NCBI GenBank assembly: GCA_950097015.1
Contig: CATNEN010000002.1
Coordinates: 1,488,001-1,552,000, forward strand
Length of the DNA: 64,000 nucleotides
Source of the DNA: Macrostomum hystrix
Lineage: Eukaryota; Animalia; Platyhelminthes
Direction of reading: 5' to 3'
A model generated the notes under the pieces. The model saw only the letters and a list, made by a program, of their open reading frames with translations. It was not told the origin of the DNA and did no database searches. Every line of letters starts with the position of its first letter. Position 1 is the first letter of the stretch. Positions 1 to 32,096 of this stretch are shown one piece after another. Made by a program: the position numbers and the translations under genes.

Positions 1-245
1 CCCTCTCTTATTCTCCCTCTCTTATTCTCCCTCTCTTATTCTCCCTCTCTTATTCTCCCTCTCTTATTCTCCCTCTCTCTCCTTCTCTCCTTCTCCCCTC
101 TCCTTCTCCCTCTCTCTCCCTCTCCTTCTCTCTCTCCTTCTCTCCTTCAATCTCTCTCTCCCTCTCCTTCTCTCTCTCCCTCTTTCCTTCTCCCTCTCTC
201 CTTCTCCCTCTGTTCCTCTCTCCTTCTCCCTCTCTTGCTCTCTCC
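1..245. repeat. CT-rich simple repeat (intronic, upstream gene)
   Basis: (ctctcttattctcc)n grading into imperfect (CT)n; almost purely pyrimidine. Confidence 0.9.
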
Positions 246-370
246 TAGGCAGGGAGAAGTGTTTTAGGTATATATTCTTCCTATACCGTCCCAGCCTATA
301 TCCATCCCCAGTCGCATCGGCCTCAGCAACGTTGTCACCTGTCTCTCCCCGCCCCACTCTATATCCGCAG

Positions 371-510
371 AGCCGGAGCCGTACTCGTACTCCGCGCCCA
401 GGCACGGTCCACTCCGGCCCGGCACCCACTACCTGGCAGGTGTCGACTCAGCTTGGCGACGCGCCTACCGCGTCTGGCAGCCAACGGAAACTAATGTTCC
501 AAAAGTGTGA
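371..510 (+). CDS. HMGCS: Probable terminal exon of HMG-CoA synthase (rest of gene is upstream of the window)
   Basis: Pyrimidine tract + ccgcag acceptor ending at 370. The frame not shown in the ORF track reads PEPYSYSAPRHGPLRPGTHYLAGVDSAWRRAYRVWQPTETNVPKV* (TGA 508-510). This resembles the HMGCS C-terminal motif L-x-PGT-x-YL-xx-VD-xxx-RR-x-Y. Recognised from memory only. Confidence 0.6.
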
Positions 511-1261
511 ACTTCTCACACTGTGACGTAACTTGACGAGTCTTTAGACGGAGACATCAAAAATAGAAATAATATTGAAAGACAGTTGAATTTTAATTGG
601 TTAATTACTATGTGACAGCGGCACTGTACACTGCCGTGTGGCCGTGTTTTATCGCCCAAACAGCCACCCCACGCCGTGCCAATACCGCACCTTATAAATT
701 AACTCTAGCTAACAGGCAATGCCCCTTACTTACTCTCTCCTGGGTCCCCGGCAAGCTAGATAGTTGAAACAAAATTTTCTTTGTATTTTCTTTTGCAAAA
801 ACTTTAGCCTAGGCAAAACACGGTAAGTGCGTCTGTTTTTCTTTGTTTAAAAACAATTTTTTAGCTATTTTGATTGAAAATAAAGTTTTGTCATATTTAC
901 TGTGCATTTTGGTATGTGAAATTGTTATGTAATAGCCTTGTTTAGTTATAGTAAAACAGCAATAAGTATTAACTTGAACGCCTGTATGTGCCTAGCTTTC
1001 TAATTATTGTTTTTCATCTTTCTGACGCCAATGGAAATGAGAAATAAAAATCGGTTCATTTGAATTGCAATTATAAAATTAATTTAGTGATGCATTAGAA
1101 TTAGAAGTTACTTTTTGAACAATGAATTGCGATTGTAAGACAATTTGTCTTTGGATTGTATTTCTTAGAAAAAACTGACGAATTTGGCTGGCAAACTAAA
1201 AGACCAATTGGACCGTTTTTACTTCATATACTGCATACAAAAGGCTTTGGGTTTTGTGGAG

Positions 1262-1960
1262 TAAGGTTTGGTGGGGTAGATCTGGGTTTGGTTGGGGTAG
1301 ATGTGGATTTGGTGGGGTAGATGTGGATTTGATGGGGTAGATGTGGGTTTGGTGGGGTAGATGTGGATTTGGTGGGGTAGATGTGGATTTGGTGGGGTAG
1401 ATGTGGGTTTGGTGGGGTAGATGTGGGTTTGGTGTGGTAGATGTGGGTTTGGTGGGGTAGCTGTAGGTTTGGTGGGGTAGATGTGGGTTTGGTGGGGTAT
1501 ATGTGGGTTTGGTGGGGTAGCTGTAGGTTTGGTGGGGTATATGTGGGTTTGGTGGGGTAGATGTGGGTTTGGTGGGTTAGATGTGGGTATGGTGGGGTAG
1601 ATGTGGATTTGGTGGGGTAGATGTGGGTTTGGTGGGGTAGCTGTAGGTTTGGTGGGGTATATGTGGGTTTGGTGGGGTAGATGTGGATTTGGTGGGGTAG
1701 ATGTAGATTTGGTGGGGTAGATGTGGATTTGGTGGCGTAGATGTAGATTTGGTGGGGTAGATGTGGATTTGGTGGGGTATATGTGGGTTTGGTGGGGTAG
1801 ATGTGGGTTTGGTGGGGTAGATGTGGATTTGGTGGGGTACATGTGGATTTGGTGGGGTAGATGTGGATTTGGTGGGGTATATGTGGGTTTGGTGGGGTAG
1901 CTGTAGGTTTGGTGGGGTATATGTGGGTTTAGTGGGGTAGATGTGGGTTTGGAGGTAGAT
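1262..1960. repeat. G-rich 20-bp minisatellite (gtgggtttggtggggtagat)
   Basis: About 35 tandem copies; source of the spurious PTKPT/PPNPH ORFs. Confidence 0.95.
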
Positions 1961-2400
1961 GTGTCTTACACGAGAGATATAAGACACGGGAGAGACGAGA
2001 CAGGGGAAAGATGAGACAGGATACTGTAGGTGAGGGAAGGGGCAATGGGTCGGATTTGGGAGCTTCGTGGGCCGCATCTGGCCCGCGGGTCGAAGTTTGG
2101 CGACACCAAAACTGAATGATAATTTGGTTGTTTGGTAGTAGTGTACTAACTCGTGTTCAAAAGGTTTCTTAAAACGTTAAAAGTGTTTTAATAATAAACT
2201 GAAATATAATGATTTACTAGTACTATCGATAACTGTTCATTTCGTTTGATCAGAACTCTTTAACTAGTAAATAAGATCATGTGCATTGCTTTCTATTTCC
2301 AGTTTCTTTTGTTTAAATAAATTAAAACAGGTCACCAATTTGATCAAGGTGAAATTACGTTGCAAGCAGGCAGACCAATTAGATTTCACGGCTGGAAACA

Positions 2401-23979
<21,579 letters not shown>

Positions 23980-24309
23980 TGTCAGCGCTTCCATTCTGGG
24001 ATTTCCCAACAATGCAACAAGTATTTAGGTCACTTGTTTTGGTAAAAGTTTAATTCCTTTAATAGATTTTTATCAACTAAGGAGCAATTCTCACTACAGA
24101 ATAATAGTGTTAAGAACACAGGTATTTGTTTCGATTCATGTAACTGTGCTTTATGAACTTTGGTTTTGCCTCTAATTTACAAGTCGCAAGCAAAAGCTTT
24201 CCATTCTTGAAGTTAACTTTGTCAAATGTTCGATTTCTTGCTTCTGTTAGTTAACTATTTTGTCTCATAGCCTTTACACCAAGATTCGTCAGGCTGTCCC
24301 TGAAGCACA

Positions 24310-24530
24310 GTCAGGTCTATCTGAAACTGTCAGGTCTATCTGACACTGTCAGGTCTATCTGACACTGTCAGGTCTATCTGACACTGTCAGGTCTATCTGA
24401 CACTGTCAGGTCTATCTGACACTGTCAGGTCTATCTGAAACTGTCAGGTCTATCTGACACTGTCAGGTTTATCTGACACTGTCAGGTTTATCTGACACTG
24501 TCAGGTTTATCTGACACTGTCAGGTTTATC
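24310..24530. repeat. 19-bp minisatellite (tctatctgacactgtcagg)
   Basis: About 11 copies; the unit contains the near-palindrome ctgacactgtcag. Confidence 0.9.
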
Positions 24531-25169
24531 AAAAGTAAAAGTTTTTTATTTAAAAGTTTCAAAATTCGCATAAACTATGGCACAGAGAAATATTTTACAA
24601 CTCCTCCCTAAAACCCTGTTTAAATATCGAAATCAGTTTTTCGAATAAAATTAATTTGGTTTTTTAAACAAATGTAAGCTTGCATTAGAATAGATATTTG
24701 TTAGTCTGATGATTAAAAACAATGCAGGAGAATTTCTTCTGCGAAAATTTGCGAAGTCTATCGCTTTCCTTTCTTTCACAGAAATCATTGGTGTTAGAAC
24801 ACTCGCTGCTAGCATGTACATTGAGGTAAAACTGTACACTTCACGGCATCATTTTTATTGGGTTAGTAAGATTAAGGGGGACTGCAAGGTAACACTGGGA
24901 ACGAACATTCAAGACCGAAGTTTCATCCCAACGTTCGTTCTTGCTTATAACGTATTCGAAATTTTGTAGGCTGAAGGGGAAATATTCGATTTTTTCTTCC
25001 CCAAGCTAGCCCCTCACCTACTGACAATGTTCAGCCAGATTTCGCTTCCATGTCTGTTTCGGTGGGGCAGCAGCTACTGCATATAGGACTGGTAAGCCAG
25101 TTAACTTTCTTCCCATGATAGATTTTGAAAACTGATTTGCTTTGGCCATAACTTTCTGCTTCTGGCACA

Positions 25170-26193
25170 ATGGCTTCTGGTCAGGTAAGTGAGACCAGTT
25201 TAGTTATGATATGTTTATCGGAATGAGTCATTCTGCTTAGCAACAGCAATTTATTTGATTGCAGGACGATAGCATGGATTTTCACCGCGCCTTTCTGGCC
25301 ATAGACACTGATCATTCGGGGGAAATCACGGTCGAAGAGCTGCAGAGGTGTGAACCTTCAATTACTGGCTTTTAAACGTTAAGGTTAAAAAGTTATCTAA
25401 CATTGATGCAACTTGTCTAGCAAGTCGATCACAAATCTAAACAAATGGATAGAAATATCACTGGTGGAACAGCTAAATCCCCTTTTCTATCAGCTAAATT
25501 CCCTTTTCTAATAATAATAATTGATTACACCTGCCCCAATCGGGCCAGATGTGCAGCCGACAGCACAGCCGCAGCTATTCCGCGGCGCATCTGAAGACTG
25601 CGTACAGCTGTTCAGTCCATGGACTGGGGGACGCCACACCCACCTTCAATTATCCCAGCTAATGCTGGTACCCATTTAACAGCTGGGTGAACTGAAGCAA
25701 TGCAGAGTTAAGTGTCTCGCTAAAGGACACAAATTGTTTCAGTGGAGTCGGGAATCGAACCCCCGACCTTCAAGTCGTGAGTCCGACGCCCTAACCACTA
25801 GGCTACAACCTCTTTTCTAACAGCTATTTTGCTATTTAGTTAGGAGTTTGTAGCTAAGTGGTTAGAGCGTTGGACTCATGACGTGAAGGTCGGGGGTTCG
25901 ATTCCCGACTCCACTGAAATCATTTGTGTCCTGTAGCAAGACATGCACTATTCCCTTGACTAACAGCCACATCCTTATTCTAATAGCAGAATCACTAAAT
26001 CCATGACACAAAACGAATTTCCATCAGCTACTGCCGCAAGATGAACTACCAGGAGACATTCGTGCAGAAGTGGCTGATGCTGTTCGACGCAGACCAGAAC
26101 GGCCGCATCACCTACGACGAATATTGCAATGCGCTTGGTCTGCTACCTAAGAAGGATGTGGTTGCTAAGCACAAAGCGCAGAAGGGGAAGAAG
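25170..26193 (+). CDS. Two-EF-hand calcium-binding protein (TAL/tegument-antigen-type N-terminal domain); 3' end unresolved
   Basis: Exons 25170-25184, 25265-25347 and 26028-26193 give 88 codons: MASGQDDSMDFHRAFLAIDTDHSGEITVEELQSYCRKMNYQETFVQKWLMLFDADQNGRITYDEYCNALGLLPKKDVVAKHKAQKGKK. Canonical loops are DTDHSGEITVEE and DADQNGRITYDE. It ends at a phase-0 gtaagt donor with no stop codon. Confidence 0.85.
25512..25811 (-). mobile_element. Full-length tRNA-derived SINE (family A)
   Basis: Minus strand has an A box (tagcctagtggttagggcg), a B box (ggttcgattccc), a central gtgtcctttagcgagacacttaac...cattgcttcagttcacccagctg domain and an (att)n tail. Candidate 9-bp TSD cttttctaa at 25503-25511 and 25812-25820. 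Confidence 0.8.
25843..25942 (+). mobile_element. 3'-truncated SINE family A copy, inverted relative to its neighbour
   Basis: tgtagctaagtggttagagcgttggactcatgacgtgaaggtcgggggttcgattcccgactccactgaaatcatttgtgtcc matches the head of the 25512-25811 copy. Confidence 0.75.
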
Positions 26194-26571
26194 GTAAGTA
26201 AAGAGAAATGTCCTTTCACAAACAAAATTTCAGTGGTACAAATACAGACTTGACGTCAAGAGGCGCTTCAAAAACTATTTTCAAATTTTCACTCCATTAT
26301 ACAAATTAAGCAAAGGGAACTATTATTCAGAGTGTCTGTTTGCGTACAACAAGCTCATTTCATTTTATTTATGTCTGAGCTTTTCTTAGCCGAGAATTGT
26401 AGGACGACGTTAAAACGAAAATTCTAAAATTAAATTTGGAACTTCGTAACTGCCTCAAGTGTGCTGTACTTGAATCTGTAATTGCGAACGGCATTGTGCA
26501 CGTAGCGAAAACAAAGCCTTTTGTTTGATTGCTGATGTTGTGGGTTTCGTTACGATAATTCCATAAATAGT

Positions 26572-26698
26572 TTTCTAGAACTTTCTACCACTTGTTATAA
26601 CACTCTGTTGTTTCCAGAATCTTCTCTGCGCCTCCCCCGCGGGCTATCTATGAGAACTTTCTAGAAAGTTCTCCCACTCGCTCCCCAGGCTATAAATA
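26572..26698 (+). promoter_or_regulatory. Three heat-shock elements (HSF sites) plus TATA box upstream of the intronless GTPase
   Basis: tTTCt-aGAAc-tTTCt (26572-26586); tTTCc-aGAAt-cTTCt (26611-26625); aGAAc-tTTCt-aGAAa-gTTCt (26653-26672, inside the perfect palindrome gagaactttctagaaagttctc); TATAAATA at 26691-26698. Confidence 0.85.
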
Positions 26699-27036
26699 GA
26701 AACCCCCGCGCGGTGCACACACTCAAAAGCTTTCCAGTATTTAATAATACTGCTGTTACAAATATACGCTTATCCAGTCGACTGCCGAGTGCTCCTTTCG
26801 GCGCTAGACTTACATTTACCAACGCTACAATTGGAATCTCTGTATTCGTTACTTCAAGAATACAACAGCTGAATAATATTTACCTATTCGTCGATAACAT
26901 TTTTGACGACATAGTTCCGTTTCTTTCTTAAGTGGGCCGAAAAAAACAGTAAACAGGTGTAAGATTTGCACATAAATACGACACACCTAGAACACACTGG
27001 CCAGGTGTCACAGACTCTGTTGCGAAGGCTGCAATC

Positions 27037-28887
27037 ATGAGCCAATCCTGCTCCGAGTTTGCCAGAAGGCAGCTGTGCGACCCGAATCCACTGCCAAAAC
27101 AATCTACTGAGGAGTTTGCAGGTGAAATTTTGCATCTGCGCAAGCAACTCACACCTCCAAAGTCACCGTGCCAGTGCCTCAAAGGCAGCTGCTTCTGTCC
27201 AGTTTCGTTCACCATCGGCGACATCAGGCAATGCGCCAAGCCGCCAAAGTACCTGCTGGTCGTTGGAGAGACTGGCGCTGGCAAGAGCACCTTCATCAAT
27301 GGCATCGTCAATGCGTTCTACAAAGTGAAATTCTCCGATCCATTCCGCCTGAAACTGGTCACTGATCAAGAGGGTCAAACTGCAGGCGCAAGCCAAGCTA
27401 AATCACAGACATCCAAAGTGACCATTTACACTCTGTTCCCCGTCAGCACTGGTGGCACGGACATATGTTGCTCGAGCGCCATGGGCTGCCCGCTGACTGT
27501 GATCGACACTCCGGGATTCGGCGACACTGGCGGTCTCGCTGAGGACGAGAAGATTGTGAAGAAGATTGCCAAAGTGCTCGGCGAGGATGGAGCCTCCGTT
27601 CCAGGAATGTCAGGCATTCTGCACACCATCGCATTCGTGGTAAAGGCCTCGCTGAACCGGCTCACCATTCCACAGAAGTACATCATCGACCAGACCCTCG
27701 CTTTGTTTGGGAAAGACGTCGAGGACATCATCTGGCCGGTGATAACCTTCGCAGACAGCGGTGAGCCGTCCGCTCTAGCTGCTCTCAAGGAGGACGGCGT
27801 ACCGCACAAGAAGTACCTGAAGTTCAACAATGGAGTGCTCTATGCAACAAACAACAATCCGGACTCAGCTGAATCGACGTCCGGTTCGTCGGACAGGGAC
27901 AAGAGAGCGCTGAAGCGGAAGCTGAAGTCGATTTTTTCGGTTTGGGAGGACGGCGAGGATCAGTACGGAGATCTGTTTGAAGCGATTCAGGAAGCTGAAG
28001 ATGGCATCTCACTGCAGAGCACTAAAGAGGTTTTGAAAAATCGAACAGAACTTGAATTCACCATGGAATCTCTGATGAAGAATGTCAGAGCCGGTATCAA
28101 CTGTTTGGTGTCCTTAGGCGAGAAGTTGGATTTGGTCGACTCGCTCGACAAAGTCATTCAGGACGCGGATAAGCTGAAGACACGGAAAGTTATGGTGCCC
28201 AAAGTCCGAAGGATTCCGGTGACCCATGGAGGTTACGTAACACTTTGCATGGTGTGCTGCAAGACCTGCCATGATAACTGTTCATACAAGGATGACAAGG
28301 ACAAAGCACGGTGCGTAGCGATGGGTCGTGACGGTCACTGTACTGTTTGTCCCAAGAAATGCTTCTGGGATCAGCACTGCAATCGAGATTACTATTTCGA
28401 GGACTTCGAAGAGGAGGAAAACGTGACTGTGCAGGAGATCGCCGACAAGTACCAGGTGCGACTGAATGAAAGAAATGCCAAGCAGGATATAGTTAAAGCT
28501 CTGCTGGCTGACTTCATTAAGGTTCATGAGGATGTGGCCTACAACTTGGTGACGATCAACAAGTGTCTGTTGTCGCTGGAGAAACTGGCACTCCGTCAGT
28601 ATCCTCTGAGCGTGGTCGAGTACGTCGACAACCTTATCGTGGCTGAGAAGATAGTTCGCAAACAAGGCTGGGAAGCGAGGGTGATGCATCTGGAAGGCGC
28701 CAGAGAGTCGGCGCGAATCATCGAAGCTGCCAGATCAGGAGACGACCCGTTCGGCGAACTCAAAGAGGAGGTGCTGGCCAGGTGCAAAGCTTCTCTAAAG
28801 ATGGAGTTGAAGAAGAGTGATGGATCGCTGGCAAAGTTCAGTGACATGCTTGACTGTGATGTTGCTTCCTCTGAAGCCTCAATGTGA
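27037..28887 (+). CDS. Intronless TRAFAC-class P-loop GTPase (AIG1/GIMAP/septin-like G domain) with Cys-rich and helical C-terminal region, 616 aa
   Basis: Uninterrupted ORF with Walker A GETGAGKS and Walker B/G3 VIDTPGFGDT, plus a Cys cluster CMVCCKTCHDNC...C...CTVCPKKCFWDQH. Confidence 0.85.
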   Translation: MSQSCSEFARRQLCDPNPLPKQSTEEFAGEILHLRKQLTPPKSPCQCLKGSCFCPVSFTIGDIRQCAKPPKYLLVVGETGAGKSTFINGIVNAFYKVKFSDPFRLKLVTDQEGQTAGASQAKSQTSKVTIYTLFPVSTGGTDICCSSAMGCPLTVIDTPGFGDTGGLAEDEKIVKKIAKVLGEDGASVPGMSGILHTIAFVVKASLNRLTIPQKYIIDQTLALFGKDVEDIIWPVITFADSGEPSALAALKEDGVPHKKYLKFNNGVLYATNNNPDSAESTSGSSDRDKRALKRKLKSIFSVWEDGEDQYGDLFEAIQEAEDGISLQSTKEVLKNRTELEFTMESLMKNVRAGINCLVSLGEKLDLVDSLDKVIQDADKLKTRKVMVPKVRRIPVTHGGYVTLCMVCCKTCHDNCSYKDDKDKARCVAMGRDGHCTVCPKKCFWDQHCNRDYYFEDFEEEENVTVQEIADKYQVRLNERNAKQDIVKALLADFIKVHEDVAYNLVTINKCLLSLEKLALRQYPLSVVEYVDNLIVAEKIVRKQGWEARVMHLEGARESARIIEAARSGDDPFGELKEEVLARCKASLKMELKKSDGSLAKFSDMLDCDVASSEASM

Positions 28888-29422
28888 ATGAGCGTCGATA
28901 AGTTCAGCTCGCGGATGAATTTGGAGCGTAAAAAGTTTCATTTTGACGCAACTCATCGTTATTGTATACAATAGTGAAATTATTTGCCAAGGACACTCGC
29001 ACTGAAGCATCATTTTTAGCTTAGCAGACACAAATTCTACATGAACACTCAGCCACACGGATAAGTACATTGGCACACGCTCGACTTTCTCATCGTCAGG
29101 CAGTGTGCAAAACTCACTGTGTCTCTTATCATAGACCGTTTCCGGTCGTCGTTTTACCATAGACCATAGAGCGTTCAAGTTTTTGACGCCCTACCTTAGC
29201 TCTCCTGCCCTCTCTGGAGTGTTCTGTGCCGTGTCACATTGTAAATTAAAAATAATTCTTCCCCATTTATTAGTATAGTTTATAAACTGGCACTTTACTC
29301 GTATTCAGACATTTTTATTTTACTCCAAGCTCGTCTTTCATTGAATACATTGAATAATTAAAAACGACTTGAATAAATGGCAATTCGTTAACTTCGAAGC
29401 GATGCTATTCCATTGAAAACTA

Positions 29423-30866
29423 TAGCATTTTGCAGTCAAGTTTGAACTGCGGGCATTCAAATTAGACGCTTTACCAGATCTCACTGCTGGCACAAATGCT
29501 ATCTATGGCCTAGACAAAATCCCACTGGTGGGCACTCAATTTAGACAAGGGGCATTCAAATTAGACAAGTTCTCAGGCGCATTGGCTGGGCAATTCAAGA
29601 TCGTGTTGCGTCTGTTGTCAGACAACCATTCTGTGAACCCTGAACTATGAAGATAAGAACAAGTTATAACAAAGTAAGCATGTGTGAACAAACAAAACAG
29701 GGTGCTCAGCACATCAATGAACAAGAGTCTCACAAGAGTCTCATCTGATAGAGAATTCAAACGATGTCTTCATTTGCCAAGACAGCGTGGGATGAAGCGG
29801 AGCGTGTGCTGATACCAGTGAACGCACTTCAGTGGAGTCACGTCATCCATCGCGATTTCCCCGCACCTCTGCAGCACCATCAGTCTCCATTGAACGGCAG
29901 TCATGTCAGGAGGCGGAACAGCCAATTCTCTCTGAACTTCAGGATTGGACAGCTGCCTCTTGACTGCTGATTTAAAGGCACTGTGAGCCAGTTCAACTGG
30001 GTTCAGGAAAGGAGAGTAAGGTGGTAAGATCTTCAGTTCAATTCGACAAAACCAAACCTCCGGGATTTGCAATCCGTGGTGAAAGCGGGCACCATCCAGC
30101 ACGATGACGCACGAATGGTTCTCTTCCAGATTCTCTGCAATCTTTTCACATAGGTTGGTCACAAATTCCTGGACTCTCTCACGTGTGGTGCTACCGGAAT
30201 CCAGTCTGTAGTGAACGAGGTTCAATGCCGGCGACGTGGCCATGATCATGTTCAGTGATGGACTTCTCTGCGTATGCACAGTCCGTCTCACCCTGGCTTC
30301 ACGCGGACTCCTTCCCTTGGTTCGCCGGGTCCAGAGGCAGTAGCCGGTCTCATCTAAATGGACCAGGCAAGTCGTGACCGACAAATCCACGAGCCAGTTG
30401 GCGAATTCAACGCGTCTTTGCTTGACCTCATGCGAATTTCTCGCTTCAGGTACATTCATTCGACGGTGCCTGGCTCCTCCCCTTGGTAGCGCGTATCGCT
30501 GGCCATCCTGAACAAACTTGTTCCAGATGTTGTACACTGATGATCTCTTGACATCCAACATGTTGGCAATTTCAGCCACAGAGTCACCACGTTGGCATGC
30601 CCCAATAATGAGGTCACGCTTCTCTCTGGAAATTCTTGCATAGCGACGAATCGGATTGTCCATGGTCTTTCTCTCTGGCACACATAGACTTTCCGCTGCT
30701 TGTCTAATTTGAATGCCCGTTGTCTAAATTGAGTGCCCGTCAGCGTGTTTCAGTTTGTGCCACAGACATAAAGTTCTGCTTGACTTGGGGACGGATTCTG
30801 AAATTTGGCTCTTCCCTTCTTGTCTAATTTGAATGCCCGCAGTTCAAACTTGACTGCAAAATGCTA
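29423..30866 (-). mobile_element. IS630/Tc1-mariner superfamily DNA transposon, complete ends, probably internally deleted
   Basis: Perfect 45-bp TIRs (tagcattttgcagtcaagtttgaactgcgggcattcaaattagac) flanked by TA at 29421-22 and 30867-68. An inner inverted pair of repeats lies at 29530-29568 and 30700-30738. Confidence 0.93.
29770..30681 (-). CDS. DDE_3-type transposase, 303 aa, probably defective
   Basis: N-terminal HTH (VAEIANMLDVKRSSVYNIW), then HLDETG, VLDGARFH and PPYSPFLNPVE. Confidence 0.85.
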   Translation of the reverse strand: MPERKTMDNPIRRYARISREKRDLIIGACQRGDSVAEIANMLDVKRSSVYNIWNKFVQDGQRYALPRGGARHRRMNVPEARNSHEVKQRRVEFANWLVDLSVTTCLVHLDETGYCLWTRRTKGRSPREARVRRTVHTQRSPSLNMIMATSPALNLVHYRLDSGSTTRERVQEFVTNLCEKIAENLEENHSCVIVLDGARFHHGLQIPEVWFCRIELKILPPYSPFLNPVELAHSAFKSAVKRQLSNPEVQRELAVPPPDMTAVQWRLMVLQRCGEIAMDDVTPLKCVHWYQHTLRFIPRCLGK

Positions 30867-32096
30867 TAATGAGGTTAATGCCACTCATTTAACATTAAAT
30901 AAGTTTTTAAAGCAAGTTTTAAAAAAATTAATTTGCCTACTTATTTTTAATAGCCTCAATATTCGAATCGTTTCACTTATTCCACAGCTGTCACAGGCTT
31001 GTTAAACAATTTTGTTTCAAAATATACCTAAATATTAATGAGCGTTAATTAATGCTTCGGCATGGCGACTTCATACAAAACTGTTTTAAGTTTTCAAATT
31101 ACATTTCTGTTTTTAAAAGAAAAAAATAAGAAAATAGATAAGAATATTAATATCGATAATATGGATAATATAGATATTAAAGTATAGACGATATAGATAT
31201 AAGTATAGATAACTATAGAAAGAATATGTAGATATAGCTGATAGATAAGAAGAAGATAAGAACATAATACGAAAATAAAAATAAGAAGCCAAAAATAGGC
31301 TACCTGTTGTTACTAAAATTTTTCTGATGTACCCGTCTGCTTGTGGTCATATGTATATTTGATCAACAGAATGGTAGAGTATGACTTAGCCATATAGATT
31401 TCTGAATATGGCTATCTACGGGCCATCCATGATAATTAAGCGTGAAAAATAGCTAGCCATTGTTAATCACTATACAGATTGACCCAAGGGGTGTTGGATA
31501 CAGGTCCGATACTCCGATTATTGTCCATTTTTTAATTTTTTGTCAATATAACAATCAAATAACAATATTTCGCCCATTTAATCTTCTTTAAACTGCTAAT
31601 TTGAACTGCTAAAGGAACAATTTCTAATTTGTTGGAAATTTCAAACTTTTTCAAGCCATTCGGCGTCAGGATCTCAAAAATTAATCGTCAAGATATTCAG
31701 CAATTCCTGTCAACGATCCTGGTGGCAAGGAGAAAATATCAATTCTCCTTGGCGAATCCTGATTGGTTCAATAATATAATAACTAACAATATAATCAATA
31801 CGACAGAGTCACACTAATAAACATGATGAAATTTTGTGAATATCTTTCTATTTTGCCTTGTTTCTACTACGTAATATGCACTCTTTCTGCTTAAATTGAC
31901 TGCTAATTTTAATTCGTAAATATGTATTTATTCTTTAGTGGGAGCGGAAATTAACTATATTTAATTTTAAAAAACTTTTTTTTCCCGAAAATATACTGTA
32001 AGCGTAATCCAATCAAACTCGAATTAGTTTCGTCTATGGTCAAAACCTATTTATAAAACTGCCGATAAAGAGCGCACGATCAACGAATCTCTGCAG

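Noticed and set aside
332-526. 64-aa ORF MSPVSPRP... from the ORF track
   Set aside because: Starts at TTG and has no recognisable motif. The overlapping frame ending at 510 carries the HMGCS-like motif.
25050-25091. Alternative phase-0 first exon for the EF-hand gene (MSVSVGQQLLHIGL|gtaagc)
   Set aside because: Plausible but unsupported; it could be a UTR exon or chance.
25843-25918. tRNA-like sequence with a CAT anticodon-like loop
   Set aside because: The anticodon stem does not pair, and the sequence continues into the SINE body shared with other copies. It is a SINE head, not a tRNA gene.
26618-26653. ttccag|AAT CTT... as a short terminal exon (NLLCASPAGYL*) of the EF-hand gene
   Set aside because: The sequence is fully explained by the HSE/TATA cluster and has no nearby polyA signal. 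It is not formally excluded without RNA data.
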